Source of the DNA: a bacterium
GTDB lineage: Bacteria; Patescibacteriota; Microgenomatia; UBA10105; UBA927
NCBI GenBank assembly: GCA_021817785.1
Contig: JAKAFY010000006.1
Location: 2,067-66,066 of the forward strand
DNA: 64,000 nt
Direction of reading: 5' to 3'
The translations under genes were made by a program, and so were the position numbers. How positions within the stretch are numbered: position 1 is the first letter of the stretch; each line of letters begins with the position of its first letter. Positions 28,479 through 38,728 of this stretch are shown piece after piece. Below the pieces are notes generated by a model. The model saw only the letters and a program-made list of their open reading frames with translations. It was not told the origin of the DNA and did no database searches.

Positions 28479-29780
28479 TTATTTTTTCACCCACTCCTTA
28501 AACTGCTCCCCGCGGTCCGCATAATCGCGGAACAGGTTAAAGCTTGCCGAGGCGGGGGAGAGCAGGCAGATTTTCCCTTTTGGGGTATGCGTTTTTGCCA
28601 GCTTCACGGCTTCCTCCATGGTATGTACGTCATAATACGTAATGTGTGACAGGTGATGTGCGTCTGCCTGTATCACTGCATTCTTTATTTTCTTTCCGGT
28701 GTCAGGAAATAGGATAAGCGTCTGCACCAAACTGGAAAGTAGCCGCTTTCCCAATACGTCGTACGACAATCCGCGGTCAAATCCGCCGGCTATCAATGTT
28801 GCTACATCGGGGCCCAATGCATCCAATGCGTGCACTGCCGCTTCCGGTATGGTAGAGAGCGAATCATTGATATACCGTACGCCGTCATAGTCTCCGACCG
28901 GTTCGAGCCGGTGGGGAAGCGGGGTAAATGTGCGCAGTGCTTCGCCTATGTCAGAATCTGTTACGTTCATGCTGTGCGACACGACGGTTGCAGCGAGTAA
29001 TGAATGCGCGTTTCCCTGTAGCGCAATGGCGGACCGGTCTATGACCGCGCCCTGCAAACTCATTACTACGTTCCCTTCCATCCAGGCGTATGCGCCGTCT
29101 ATTTGTTTCTGACTGGTATACGGACGTTTTTGAGCAAGCGATGTATGGGCTATGTGCGCAAGACGGCTGTTTGACGTATCATAAATTATGATATCTTCCG
29201 CAGTCTGAAATTTCGTGATATTGGCTTTTGCCGCAGCATAGGTTTCGAGGTCAGGATAATAATCCTGGTGTTCCGGCACGATAGGTAGGAGTGCTGCAAT
29301 ATGCGGACTATACCGGATGTCGGTCAATTGATGACTGGACAATTCTGCGACAAAAATGGTGCTCTTCGACGCCCCTTCGAGATGGTCAAGCATGGGAATC
29401 CCTATGTTTCCGACGAGCCGCACATCAGGATAGTGCGCGGATAATATATGAGTGATCAAACTCGCGGTCGTGCTTTTTCCTTTCGTACCCGTGACCCCGA
29501 TTACCATACCCGGCACATGCGAAAAAAAGATATTTGTGGCGCTGGTGACATGTCCGCCCTGGCGTACGAATGCTGCTATTTCCGGTAGATACGGGGAAAC
29601 CCCGGGGCTTCTGATAACCGTATCGTACTCATGGAGCGTTTGCAGATATTGGTCGCCGTCTTTTGCATCGGTAACCCCGATTCGGAGGGAGGGATAGTGC
29701 TTGTGCAGCCACGCTTCAACGCTTTTACCCTCTCTCCCGTATCCTATGATTAATGCCGATTCCCCCTGTATTTCGTTCAT
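28479..29780 (-). CDS. murD: UDP-N-acetylmuramoylalanine--D-glutamate ligase (a MurD-family Mur ligase).
   Basis: A P-loop GVTGTKGKSTT and the Mur ligase central and C-terminal domains. The start was chosen at MNEIQG. Confidence 0.85.
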   Translation of the reverse strand: MNEIQGESALIIGYGREGKSVEAWLHKHYPSLRIGVTDAKDGDQYLQTLHEYDTVIRSPGVSPYLPEIAAFVRQGGHVTSATNIFFSHVPGMVIGVTGTKGKSTTASLITHILSAHYPDVRLVGNIGIPMLDHLEGASKSTIFVAELSSHQLTDIRYSPHIAALLPIVPEHQDYYPDLETYAAAKANITKFQTAEDIIIYDTSNSRLAHIAHTSLAQKRPYTSQKQIDGAYAWMEGNVVMSLQGAVIDRSAIALQGNAHSLLAATVVSHSMNVTDSDIGEALRTFTPLPHRLEPVGDYDGVRYINDSLSTIPEAAVHALDALGPDVATLIAGGFDRGLSYDVLGKRLLSSLVQTLILFPDTGKKIKNAVIQADAHHLSHITYYDVHTMEEAVKLAKTHTPKGKICLLSPASASFNLFRDYADRGEQFKEWVKK

Positions 29781-31198
29781 GGCAATGAAATGTTCTCCCA
29801 TGCATTCCGAAGAATTGCCGTGTGTTCCGGCGGCAGATTATACGTGCCTGCCCAAGTCATAATAATGTTCTCTTTGAGGTGGGCGACATCCGCCGGAGTC
29901 AAACGAAGGTCGCTTTTTATTTTAAGTAGTCCCTCCGGTACTTCCATCTGGTGCTGTATATACGTTTCGACGCTGAGGTAGACTGCCAGCTTTGCTTCGT
30001 CGCGGGTGCCCACACATTCAAATGGCTTTACTGGGGTAAGTCCCACGAGTTCACTCACATACTGCATAATAACCGGGTCGGTAAAATAATCCCGACCGAA
30101 TATGCGTAGCATGTCCTGATATGCCAAAAATGGAAACAGGATAAGATAGGTGAATGCGCATTTCGGACACGCGCCGCACCAAACACCGGTCGCACTTCCC
30201 GCATTACAGCTCCGGAATGATTGATAATATGCAGGAAATGCTGCGAACAACATGCCGATCTGGACATCATTGAGCGGCCGCAGAAAACTGAAATACGACG
30301 GCGAGGATGGAAGGAACGTTCCGCTATATGTCCGGAACTGCTGTTCGAACCGGAAACTTTTCGAATACTGATGATTGATTTCCATCCCGTGGAATATCAC
30401 GTTCCCTTCATTGGCGCTTTGTTCGTTCGACACTATCACGTTTTCATTGCCGTTCAGACGTCCTACCAGTACTCCCAAAAATGCGAGGTATGCGGAAAAG
30501 GGGGTGTGCCCGTTAAGATACCCTGCGGCATTAAGCTCCAATAATTTCGGATCAATCGTGCGCCTGACAATAATCGAATCCGAAAGACCCGCTGTGCGTA
30601 TGGTAGCAAGCGCTGCCGCCGTGGGGTTGAGAACCATAGTTTGGAGCGTCCTGTCGCTCTGTTTTAACATTCCCAGCGTTACCGCGCTATCTTTTCCGCC
30701 ACCGACCAATATTAGGTCGGAGGGGGTTGTATTAGGTATTACGGAAACATTATTTAATGTATCTGTAAGTCGATGCGAATCAGTCGAATCGTTTGCGATC
30801 TCAGCGCGGTATGCCGGAATAATTTTCAAAAAATCCGTTTGGGTGAAATCAATGTTGTTTCGGTAAAAAAATTCGCCGAGTCCGTGAATAAACAGGTCAT
30901 ACCAAAACCGGAGCTGCTCTTCGGAAAGCGGTCCTGCCTCGACCACAATCTCTCTGGGGCACGCCGCCTTCCAATAGCTTATCGCCTCTACTAATCCTAC
31001 ATTAAATATATATGGGGCAAGCGCGGATGTGTCTATATTTCCGGTATGGGGGATCGTGACGGTCGGGTGAAACGTGATGTCCGGTTCCAAACGAAAGTCG
31101 TATGTCACGACGATTGTATTGTCGCGGACTGTGAGATCGTATGATGTATAGACAAGCCGCGGATGTTTCAGACGCAACTGTTCGAAGGTCATCTTCAT
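29777..31198 (-). CDS. PP-loop (N-type ATP pyrophosphatase) superfamily protein with a C-terminal Cys cluster, function unknown.
   Basis: LILVGGGKDSAVTLGML (an SGGKDS-type PP-loop) around residue 160 and WCGACPKCAFTY (CxxCxxC) near the C-terminus. There is 4-nt overlap with murD. Confidence 0.55.
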   Translation of the reverse strand: MKMTFEQLRLKHPRLVYTSYDLTVRDNTIVVTYDFRLEPDITFHPTVTIPHTGNIDTSALAPYIFNVGLVEAISYWKAACPREIVVEAGPLSEEQLRFWYDLFIHGLGEFFYRNNIDFTQTDFLKIIPAYRAEIANDSTDSHRLTDTLNNVSVIPNTTPSDLILVGGGKDSAVTLGMLKQSDRTLQTMVLNPTAAALATIRTAGLSDSIIVRRTIDPKLLELNAAGYLNGHTPFSAYLAFLGVLVGRLNGNENVIVSNEQSANEGNVIFHGMEINHQYSKSFRFEQQFRTYSGTFLPSSPSYFSFLRPLNDVQIGMLFAAFPAYYQSFRSCNAGSATGVWCGACPKCAFTYLILFPFLAYQDMLRIFGRDYFTDPVIMQYVSELVGLTPVKPFECVGTRDEAKLAVYLSVETYIQHQMEVPEGLLKIKSDLRLTPADVAHLKENIIMTWAGTYNLPPEHTAILRNAWENISLP

Positions 31199-31236
31199 AT
31201 TGTATCAAGGGGATAGTATCATGAATCAAGGGAAAA

Positions 31237-31629
31237 TTACGCTTTCACCATCAATTTTGATTTTTTGATTAATCCATTGAGAATTTTATTTACGGAAACA
31301 GATTTAGTCGCAATCGCCATAAATTCCTCAGTAGTTATATATCCAACATCACGTGATATAAGCAATTGATTTTGTAGTTCAGTCACAGAACCCAACGACA
31401 CTGCGTAAAATTGCAGCTTCTCTTTCCAAGAATTCCGACTAAATCCTTCCGCTATATTTGAAGTAATAGATACCGCACATCTACGCATCTGACTGGTAAT
31501 ACCAAAAAGCTCATCCTTCGGGAAGCCTCGAATTAATTTATAAACGGATAAGACAAGTTGATGTCCCTCTTGCCAAGCAAATAATTGTGTAAATGAAGTA
31601 ATTTTTTCTGTTGTATTCCCTTGATTCAT
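31237..31629 (-). CDS. Four-helix-bundle protein (TIGR02436-like).
   Basis: The pattern FAWQEGHQLVLSVYKL...FPKDELFGITSQMRRCAVSITSNIAEGF. Confidence 0.6.
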   Translation of the reverse strand: MNQGNTTEKITSFTQLFAWQEGHQLVLSVYKLIRGFPKDELFGITSQMRRCAVSITSNIAEGFSRNSWKEKLQFYAVSLGSVTELQNQLLISRDVGYITTEEFMAIATKSVSVNKILNGLIKKSKLMVKA

Positions 31630-31654
31630 GCTTCTAGTTCCATGATTCTTCCCT

Positions 31655-33106
31655 TCACGGGGCAACTTCTGACCACGTAATCGGTAACTCCTGCATCGTT
31701 TCCGGCATGGTCAGCAGGAGTTGGGGATTATATTCAAATAGTTCCGCGGAGCTTCCCGCGTTGCCGCCAAAGGTATCCAGATCCCGGCTCAGGGTAAAGT
31801 TGTCCGCGATAAACATGCCTTTCCCGACAAATCTGGCTGCAGCAGCCGTCGTACTGGTCCCGGTATTAAATGTCCCGGTCGTAGTCGCATTGGATGCAAT
31901 ATAGACGCCCTCCACAACCGGGGCCGTGGACGCTGCCGTGGTTCCCACCGTAGGATCGACCGTAATATTGCCATTGACGATAAACGCCACAAATCCCGTG
32001 CTGTTTGGCACGATATTTATCTTCCCGCCGATTGTCAGGTTGCCGTTAACTAAAAACACGATATTTTCTCCCGCCCCTACAGACCAGTCGCCGGAGGTGG
32101 TCATATCGCCGGTAATATAGTAGGGGGTAGCTCTGCTTGCCGGCTTGGTCACCCCAAGGAGATTTGGAAATAACGCATTATCCGTTGCCGTGGGTGCGCT
32201 GAACCGGTGGTAAAAAAGGTCGTAATAATTGACGGTTGGCCGTGTCGCATTTGCCAACCAGTTTTTACTCGATACCAGCGTGCCCCCGTTGGAAAACGGG
32301 TCGCTGTCAAAGTCGTAGCTCGTGCCATAGGTGGCTACCCCCGGATACCCGCTGGCACCCACGTCGTTAAATACCCGGGGCGAGACCGCCGGGATATACG
32401 AACGGAGCGTGCCCGAGGCGTATGCATCGCCGCCCTGTGTCTGCACCCACGCCGTCCCCTTGGTATAGCCGATTTCCCATTTTATGGTGTCTCCGCCATT
32501 TGCTACTGCCGAATATCCTAAACCGACCAGTGTCCCGTTTTTATATTCACACGGACTGGAAACTACCCAGTTTGCACTCGGTGCTGTTGCCGTCAACGTG
32601 TATGATCCTGGTGTTACGTTAGAAAAGGTGAGAAGCGTCGCTCCGCTTTGCGTTTGCGGGGCAGGGGGATTCACGGTAAATCCGAAAATAGTTCCGGAGA
32701 CGCCGGTGCCCGCAAGATATGCGTTATGAATTGCTGTACACGAAGTATCCGACGGCGTCACCTGGACCGCGACAGCCTCAAGCGTTGCGGGTATTGCCGG
32801 CGTCGGCGTTGCAGTCGGTGGGGGAGGAGGAGGGGGACCGCCACCGGCACCAGTTGGCGCGGGACATCCGCCAGTATAACACGTGCCCAGGTTATCACAA
32901 ACCGTACACCTTGTTCCATCAGGCCAAAGCCAATAACAACATGTGGTTACCACCGTGGTGGATGTACAGGGATAACCAGGAACACAGGTATAATTTGTAT
33001 AACTACACGTCGTCGAATATTGACTCGAAAGACAGGCAGAAGCCTGCGGCACCCACACAAAACATGCCCCAAGAATAGCTATAAGGGTAACTAGAATAAT
33101 CTTCAT
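31655..33106 (-). CDS. Secreted or surface protein with a Cys-rich N-terminal module, a poly-Pro linker (GGGPPPPPPPTATPTP) and a Thr/Gly-rich beta-rich domain.
   Basis: A signal peptide plus the composition. Confidence 0.45.
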   Translation of the reverse strand: MKIILVTLIAILGACFVWVPQASACLSSQYSTTCSYTNYTCVPGYPCTSTTVVTTCCYWLWPDGTRCTVCDNLGTCYTGGCPAPTGAGGGPPPPPPPTATPTPAIPATLEAVAVQVTPSDTSCTAIHNAYLAGTGVSGTIFGFTVNPPAPQTQSGATLLTFSNVTPGSYTLTATAPSANWVVSSPCEYKNGTLVGLGYSAVANGGDTIKWEIGYTKGTAWVQTQGGDAYASGTLRSYIPAVSPRVFNDVGASGYPGVATYGTSYDFDSDPFSNGGTLVSSKNWLANATRPTVNYYDLFYHRFSAPTATDNALFPNLLGVTKPASRATPYYITGDMTTSGDWSVGAGENIVFLVNGNLTIGGKINIVPNSTGFVAFIVNGNITVDPTVGTTAASTAPVVEGVYIASNATTTGTFNTGTSTTAAAARFVGKGMFIADNFTLSRDLDTFGGNAGSSAELFEYNPQLLLTMPETMQELPITWSEVAP

Positions 33107-33107
33107 A

Positions 33108-33773
33108 TTATTTAACCTCTATTCGAAATGGCCACGCAAATATACCGTCATATAGATTGTTTTGTACGTCATTTTTTATACTAAGCAATCCATTCTCATT
33201 AGGCAATCCATTCACAAATCCTATTGCATATCTTAAGGTATATAAAGCCGTTAACAAATACGCATTTTCTAATGAATATCTGGTCGCGATCGAATTTTTC
33301 TTTAACTCATCAAAATTAATAGACACCCGTACCAGCAGCGTGTCAGCGTTAACTCTATACTCGCCTTTTCCCAAAAGAGCGGTGTCACTCGATACCACAC
33401 TTAACGGATTATCAACCGTGGGAACGAGGGAAAATATAATTTTGGAGATAGAGTAATGTTGTTGGAGTCCTGGAAAACCCCGATATGTTTTAGGATCTAC
33501 AATAATTTGATTATTAAATAATCCTAATTTAGCCATCATATAATCTAAATAGGTGGTATTGACGATCTTGAGCGAGTAACCCGGCACTTCATTAGTTACG
33601 CTATATCTAGCGTTTGCTATGCCATCTTGTGGTGTTTGTAAAAGAGTTGGAAATAATTGTTGTATCCAGGGGCTACGGAAAAAAACCAATGCAATAGGCG
33701 TAAACAACAACGCTATAACACTTATTCCCATACTAACCCGCTTTAGGCGTGATAGTGACATAAATATTCCCAC
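33108..33773 (-). CDS. Hypothetical membrane-anchored protein.
   Basis: An N-terminal TM segment and no recognisable motifs. Confidence 0.4.
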   Translation of the reverse strand: MGIFMSLSRLKRVSMGISVIALLFTPIALVFFRSPWIQQLFPTLLQTPQDGIANARYSVTNEVPGYSLKIVNTTYLDYMMAKLGLFNNQIIVDPKTYRGFPGLQQHYSISKIIFSLVPTVDNPLSVVSSDTALLGKGEYRVNADTLLVRVSINFDELKKNSIATRYSLENAYLLTALYTLRYAIGFVNGLPNENGLLSIKNDVQNNLYDGIFAWPFRIEVK

Positions 33774-33845
33774 AAATCAGCGTACGGGAAATTAACGAAA
33801 AATACAAGGTGGTTTATTTAACAATATAAAAACTCGTGTTTAGTA

Positions 33846-35837
33846 TTAAGGTCTAATAATTCTCACGTAGGGGGATGCTCCCGGAGTTTGACTTTTCGTT
33901 GCCGCAGTAACCCAAGGCGAGGGGTCTGTTGGAAAATTCCACATGTTTGCTTTAGTTAACACAGAATTCTCAACGATCGTTCCTAACGAATTATATATAC
34001 CATTTATAGTTGTGTTTGGGAGAGAAGGATCTTTTACTGCAGAAATGACGATCAAATTTCCTTTTTGATCCGTTGTTGCCGTCCAACGATACACAACACC
34101 ATCGTATTCTGTCTCCCAATAATTTGGGTGGGAAGCTGGATTAGCGTCTTCCCAATTCACTTCATAATATTTATATCCGACTTCGCGACTCGGTTTCCAA
34201 AAATGAGTGACGCCATCGGGTGTTGTAAAATTGATAACTACTGATCCGTCTCCATTCTTTATTCCAGTCAAGAAGCTCTTCCATTCATCAACACTTATTT
34301 TGCGCTGATCTTTTTGATAAAGTCGAGCTGCTAAACGCGTTTCAAAAAATGAAGTAAATGCATTTGATTTTGATTGCCATGTTGTGTAGATATTCGGCTC
34401 ATATGGATGTGTCAAGTTTATCCCACTCACACCAACGGGCTTATAATAATAAAATGGCACCATATTAGGATAACCATATATATCAAGTTCGCTAGCAACA
34501 ATTGGAATCCCTCCATTCAAACTACCTTCTGGCGTTCCTGATGTCACCCATTGATTTACATCCGGTGAAAATAATTGTTTTTCTCCGTCTACAATTTGCA
34601 TCTTCCATCCTGTTTCCGGATCAGTAGATTCGGTTGCCGTCGGTTCAACGCTCGGCACAACTGGCGCTTGTGTCGCGGGTTCGGCAGGTGCCGTCGTTGT
34701 AGCATATGGCTTCAAATCCTGTACGTTTAAAACGTCAAGGAGAGGCAACACCGAACCCATGAGGCCGTCAGGAAGCGTGTTCGTAGAGGTGTCTACAGAT
34801 ACGTTAGCGTTCAACAAAAATGGACCTTGTGCATCTCCTATATTCAGACCGGTAACATGTATCTTTCCGTCGGCACTCACATCATAGCTGGGTGCATTGG
34901 ACAAATCCATTGCATTTTGTGTAAGCGGCCATAATTTCCCGTATTTCTGGGCAGAACCGGCATCATTTTCCGGCGAAACGACAAATGCTAGATTGGATTG
35001 GGGGACGGCAAGCACAGTGACGTCACCCTGAAATGCTTTCAGCCCGTTTCCTTTGGGGATAGACAGCGCTGCCCGGCACATTTGCCAGGTTTCGAGTTTT
35101 TTAGCTCCCTGCATCACTTCTTCATATACAGGAAGTGTAGATAGGGTGGCTGACGTTAACGGCGTACAATCGGCATTGGTGAGCGAGGCGCCGCTCCATG
35201 TAAGACCATTACTGGTAAATGTGAAGCTTTTTCCTTGTGTATTAACAAAATTTTCCACATCGGTAATACTTGCTTTCCCGATCTCAATAGACGGAGCTGT
35301 GGTTGGGTTGATTGTGTATGAACCTATGTCAACCGGGGCGGGAGAACCCTCTGTTGGACGAACCCCTGCAAGAGTTGGTATAGCGGTGGGAACAGTGTTG
35401 CACGCCAACACTATGCTTGTCAGCGCGGCGAGAGTTATACCCGCCCTCAACCATTTTTTATTTAGAGAGGGGAGACCAAGAAATATCAGCCCCATCATAT
35501 TTGCAGTTTCGGCTGTAGGAAGTTTATTACTGCGTTCTGCTCTCGATGGAAATCCTTCCTTAAGGCGTCCGAGTGAGCTTCTGTGATAAGCAAGGTTATC
35601 AAAACTTGAGGCGGGGATTCTTATCCTACTTTCTCCATGCTTTATTTCAACAGTTTTTTGCTGTAAAAAACTTCTTGGTCGCAAATAATCGGGAACCTGC
35701 TGTGCATTTCCAGGCAAATTCGCGGCATGCTTCTGCGCGTTGTGCAAAATTGCATCGCCCCCTGCAGCGATCCCTGTGATAGCTAGTACAGTCGCTAACG
35801 CTCCGCGTCGCGTAATTTTCCCAATTTCTGGATTCAT
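33846..35837 (-). CDS. Large secreted hypothetical protein (663 aa).
   Basis: A signal peptide, an internal second hydrophobic segment and no recognisable catalytic motifs. Confidence 0.45.
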   Translation of the reverse strand: MNPEIGKITRRGALATVLAITGIAAGGDAILHNAQKHAANLPGNAQQVPDYLRPRSFLQQKTVEIKHGESRIRIPASSFDNLAYHRSSLGRLKEGFPSRAERSNKLPTAETANMMGLIFLGLPSLNKKWLRAGITLAALTSIVLACNTVPTAIPTLAGVRPTEGSPAPVDIGSYTINPTTAPSIEIGKASITDVENFVNTQGKSFTFTSNGLTWSGASLTNADCTPLTSATLSTLPVYEEVMQGAKKLETWQMCRAALSIPKGNGLKAFQGDVTVLAVPQSNLAFVVSPENDAGSAQKYGKLWPLTQNAMDLSNAPSYDVSADGKIHVTGLNIGDAQGPFLLNANVSVDTSTNTLPDGLMGSVLPLLDVLNVQDLKPYATTTAPAEPATQAPVVPSVEPTATESTDPETGWKMQIVDGEKQLFSPDVNQWVTSGTPEGSLNGGIPIVASELDIYGYPNMVPFYYYKPVGVSGINLTHPYEPNIYTTWQSKSNAFTSFFETRLAARLYQKDQRKISVDEWKSFLTGIKNGDGSVVINFTTPDGVTHFWKPSREVGYKYYEVNWEDANPASHPNYWETEYDGVVYRWTATTDQKGNLIVISAVKDPSLPNTTINGIYNSLGTIVENSVLTKANMWNFPTDPSPWVTAATKSQTPGASPYVRIIRP

Positions 35838-36126
35838 AACTAACCTATAGTATCACTATGACGGTATTGTGTCAAATTTCGTACACTTCAATGATATCCT
35901 ACAAAAATCCCGACTCGAGTCGGGAGGGTCAGAGCACGCGTTTCTGACTAATCGTCAGAATATTTTGCTGTATGGTATCGCACATCATGTACTCAGTATA
36001 CGCACCGTGTGTATATGGCTGTCAAGTGGACAGATCTTTCAACAAACACAACTCATAGTGGAGAATGTAACGCAGAAATTCGCATATCAAACTACGTTCA
36101 TACGATGATATCGTATAATACGGGAC

Positions 36127-36897
36127 ATGAAACAACGCGACGTATATCATTTCTGGGAACTGTTGTGGGAGATGACCGAAAAAGAACTCCGTGCGCGATA
36201 CAAGCACACAGTATTCGGCTTCCTCTGGCTGGTTGCCAACCCGCTTCTGCAAATGATGGTCATAGGATTTATATTTACCTTTCTTATGAAGGAGCCGGTC
36301 AAACATTATTATTATTACTTATTCTTGGGGCTTCTGGTGTGGAACTTTTTCTCGACTTCCTTGCTCAAAGCTACACCCTCGGTCGTATTTGAACGATCGC
36401 TTATTAAAAAAGCATTTTTTCCGCGCGCAGTCATACCAACCTCGATTGTATTATCCAGCTTTGTCCATTTTATCATCGCATTCATGCTGCTTCTTATCCC
36501 GACCTATTTTCTTCACACGTTTTCTGCCGTAACCATACCCTATACGCTCTGTGCGCTTGTCCTACTCATCACATTTACCACCACCCTAAGTCTTCTCACA
36601 TGCGCGCTCAATGTCCGTTTCCGTGATATAAATTTCTTTACGCAGGCACTTCTCATTCTCTGGTTTTATGCCACACCGATTGTGTACTCATTCAATCAGA
36701 TTCCGCGGAATTTATTGTGGGTATGGCGGTTTAACCCCCTTACGTCGGTGCTGCAGCTACTCCAGCACGCATTGTTAGGAGCTCCCGCGCCCGGGCCGGC
36801 AATGCTCATAAGCAACAGTTTGGTCATCCTTTGTATCGCTCTCGTTGGCATACGCACATTCCAATCGGAAAGCAAAACATTTGATGACTGGTTATAG
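36127..36897 (+). CDS. ABC-2 type polysaccharide/teichoic-acid export permease (Wzm/TagG-like).
   Basis: The 6-TM ABC-2 pattern and RYKHTVFGFLWLVANPLLQM. Confidence 0.8.
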   Translation: MKQRDVYHFWELLWEMTEKELRARYKHTVFGFLWLVANPLLQMMVIGFIFTFLMKEPVKHYYYYLFLGLLVWNFFSTSLLKATPSVVFERSLIKKAFFPRAVIPTSIVLSSFVHFIIAFMLLLIPTYFLHTFSAVTIPYTLCALVLLITFTTTLSLLTCALNVRFRDINFFTQALLILWFYATPIVYSFNQIPRNLLWVWRFNPLTSVLQLLQHALLGAPAPGPAMLISNSLVILCIALVGIRTFQSESKTFDDWL

Positions 36898-36917
36898 AAC
36901 GCCTTTTTTTAATTATT

Positions 36918-37637
36918 ATGACCACACCTATCGCAATCCGGCTTTCCCACATTTCCAAAAAATACGAAATTCATCATGAAAAGCCTACGCTTGTGGAAAA
37001 ATTCGTGCGTGGGAAAAACGAAACATTTTGGGCGCTTCAGGATATCAACCTGACTATCAAAAGAGGGGAACGGGTGGGGATCATCGGGCCAAACGGCAGC
37101 GGAAAAACAACGTTGCTGAAAATCATCGCCGGTATCACGGAGGCCACAGCCGGCACCACCCAAACACGCGGGAAAATAGTTTCGCTTATTGATCTGGGCG
37201 CCGGGTTCCACCCCGATCTTACCGGCGTCCAGAATATATATCTCAATGGCATGATATTGGGCCTGAAAAAGCAGTATATAGACCGTCAGTTTGATGATAT
37301 CGTTTCGTTCGCGGATATCCGGCAGTTTATCGACACCCCATTATTTACCTATTCAGATGGCATGAAGCTCCGACTTGGGTTCGCCATTGCCATCCATGCC
37401 GATCCCAAAATACTCATTCTCGATGAGAATATCGGCGTGGGGGATAACGATTTTCAGATTAAATCCGAACGGAAAATCCGTGAGCTCGTCCGGGGGGGAG
37501 TCACCGTGCTCATCGTCTCACAAATTGTGCCGTTTTTGGCGCACAACTGCTCCAGAATACTGTTTATGAAATCAGGCCGCATCGTACGGGATGGAGAATT
37601 GGACATTCTGAAACAATACCAACAAGGACGTATCTAG
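36918..37637 (+). CDS. ABC transporter ATP-binding protein (Wzt/TagH-like).
   Basis: Walker A GPNGSGKTT, a signature SDGMKLRLGFA and Walker B ILILDE. Confidence 0.85.
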   Translation: MTTPIAIRLSHISKKYEIHHEKPTLVEKFVRGKNETFWALQDINLTIKRGERVGIIGPNGSGKTTLLKIIAGITEATAGTTQTRGKIVSLIDLGAGFHPDLTGVQNIYLNGMILGLKKQYIDRQFDDIVSFADIRQFIDTPLFTYSDGMKLRLGFAIAIHADPKILILDENIGVGDNDFQIKSERKIRELVRGGVTVLIVSQIVPFLAHNCSRILFMKSGRIVRDGELDILKQYQQGRI

Positions 37638-38728
37638 TCGGACAACAACAATTTCATAGATCCAAAAAATGTTTCTTCTTCAGAACGAAACTTATCTTTG
37701 GTCAAATAGGTACGCTGATACTGTATAAAGTCGATATATAGATACCATGGATTAACAATCGGTTTCCTGAAAATAACGTCATGAACATACGTCAATAAAC
37801 TTCGGAATAGATATCTATATTCATAATGCTTTTCTTCACTATCGGGGGTGAAATGCACAAAAACGGGTTGGCCAGACATTTCTGGATGCAATAACCGATA
37901 TGAAGAGGGCAAGACGTTGATTACACAATTATTCATTGTCATCCAATACAACGTCTGCTCTAATAACTTGAGGGAATAATAATATTCCGGCCTTCGGTAA
38001 TAATCACGCGTCATTCGATCCTTCAGCATTTCAATGATAGCGTCTAAATATGTATTCACCAGACGTAACGGATTATTTTTTTTATATGATACGTTATAAA
38101 TGCATAAAAAACCGGAGTTAAATCTCTGATGGGTAAGACGCTTGTTCATAATGTGCTCCGCTTCAACCGTAGAAACTGCGGTAAAGTTATAATAGTCATC
38201 CAGATAGAGGCACGTTTCTTGTTTTTTATGTATCCAGTCATGAATCTCCTGCGGATAGGAAAAAAATAGTGTGTCGCAATCCACTACAATGTACCGATCG
38301 TATTTTTCTGCAGTAAACCGGGGAACAAAAAATTTTCGTCCAACCCAGCCGGTCTTCCACATATCTTTAAGGCGTGTATATTGTCGCAGTTGAGGAGGAG
38401 CCTTATGAACATCAGGATGAATATAGGTAACCGGTACCACGCGCTGTAACAAGTGCAGACACCATTTTTGCAGCCATGTCATTGCACCATCATCAATCAC
38501 AAAAAATTGAAGTTCGGAAATGTGGCGGGACAAACTCAATATCGAAAGTATTGCTAAAAATCCGCTGTATTTACCTGCTGCAATAAACACGGGAACCTCT
38601 GTTGACACCGTGGAAATATGCCGCGGGGCGCGTCCATACAACAGCGCGGTACATACAATAGCAGCGTTTACAACGCTTCCAATAATCCAATAATATATAT
38701 CCCGCGCTAATCGATATGTCCCATTCAT
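37634..38728 (-). CDS. Putative nucleotide-diphospho-sugar glycosyltransferase (GT8-like).
   Basis: VVDCDTLF (DxD) and FNSGFLCIYN (GT8-like NSG). An N-terminal TM segment. Confidence 0.45.
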   Translation of the reverse strand: MNGTYRLARDIYYWIIGSVVNAAIVCTALLYGRAPRHISTVSTEVPVFIAAGKYSGFLAILSILSLSRHISELQFFVIDDGAMTWLQKWCLHLLQRVVPVTYIHPDVHKAPPQLRQYTRLKDMWKTGWVGRKFFVPRFTAEKYDRYIVVDCDTLFFSYPQEIHDWIHKKQETCLYLDDYYNFTAVSTVEAEHIMNKRLTHQRFNSGFLCIYNVSYKKNNPLRLVNTYLDAIIEMLKDRMTRDYYRRPEYYYSLKLLEQTLYWMTMNNCVINVLPSSYRLLHPEMSGQPVFVHFTPDSEEKHYEYRYLFRSLLTYVHDVIFRKPIVNPWYLYIDFIQYQRTYLTKDKFRSEEETFFGSMKLLLSD

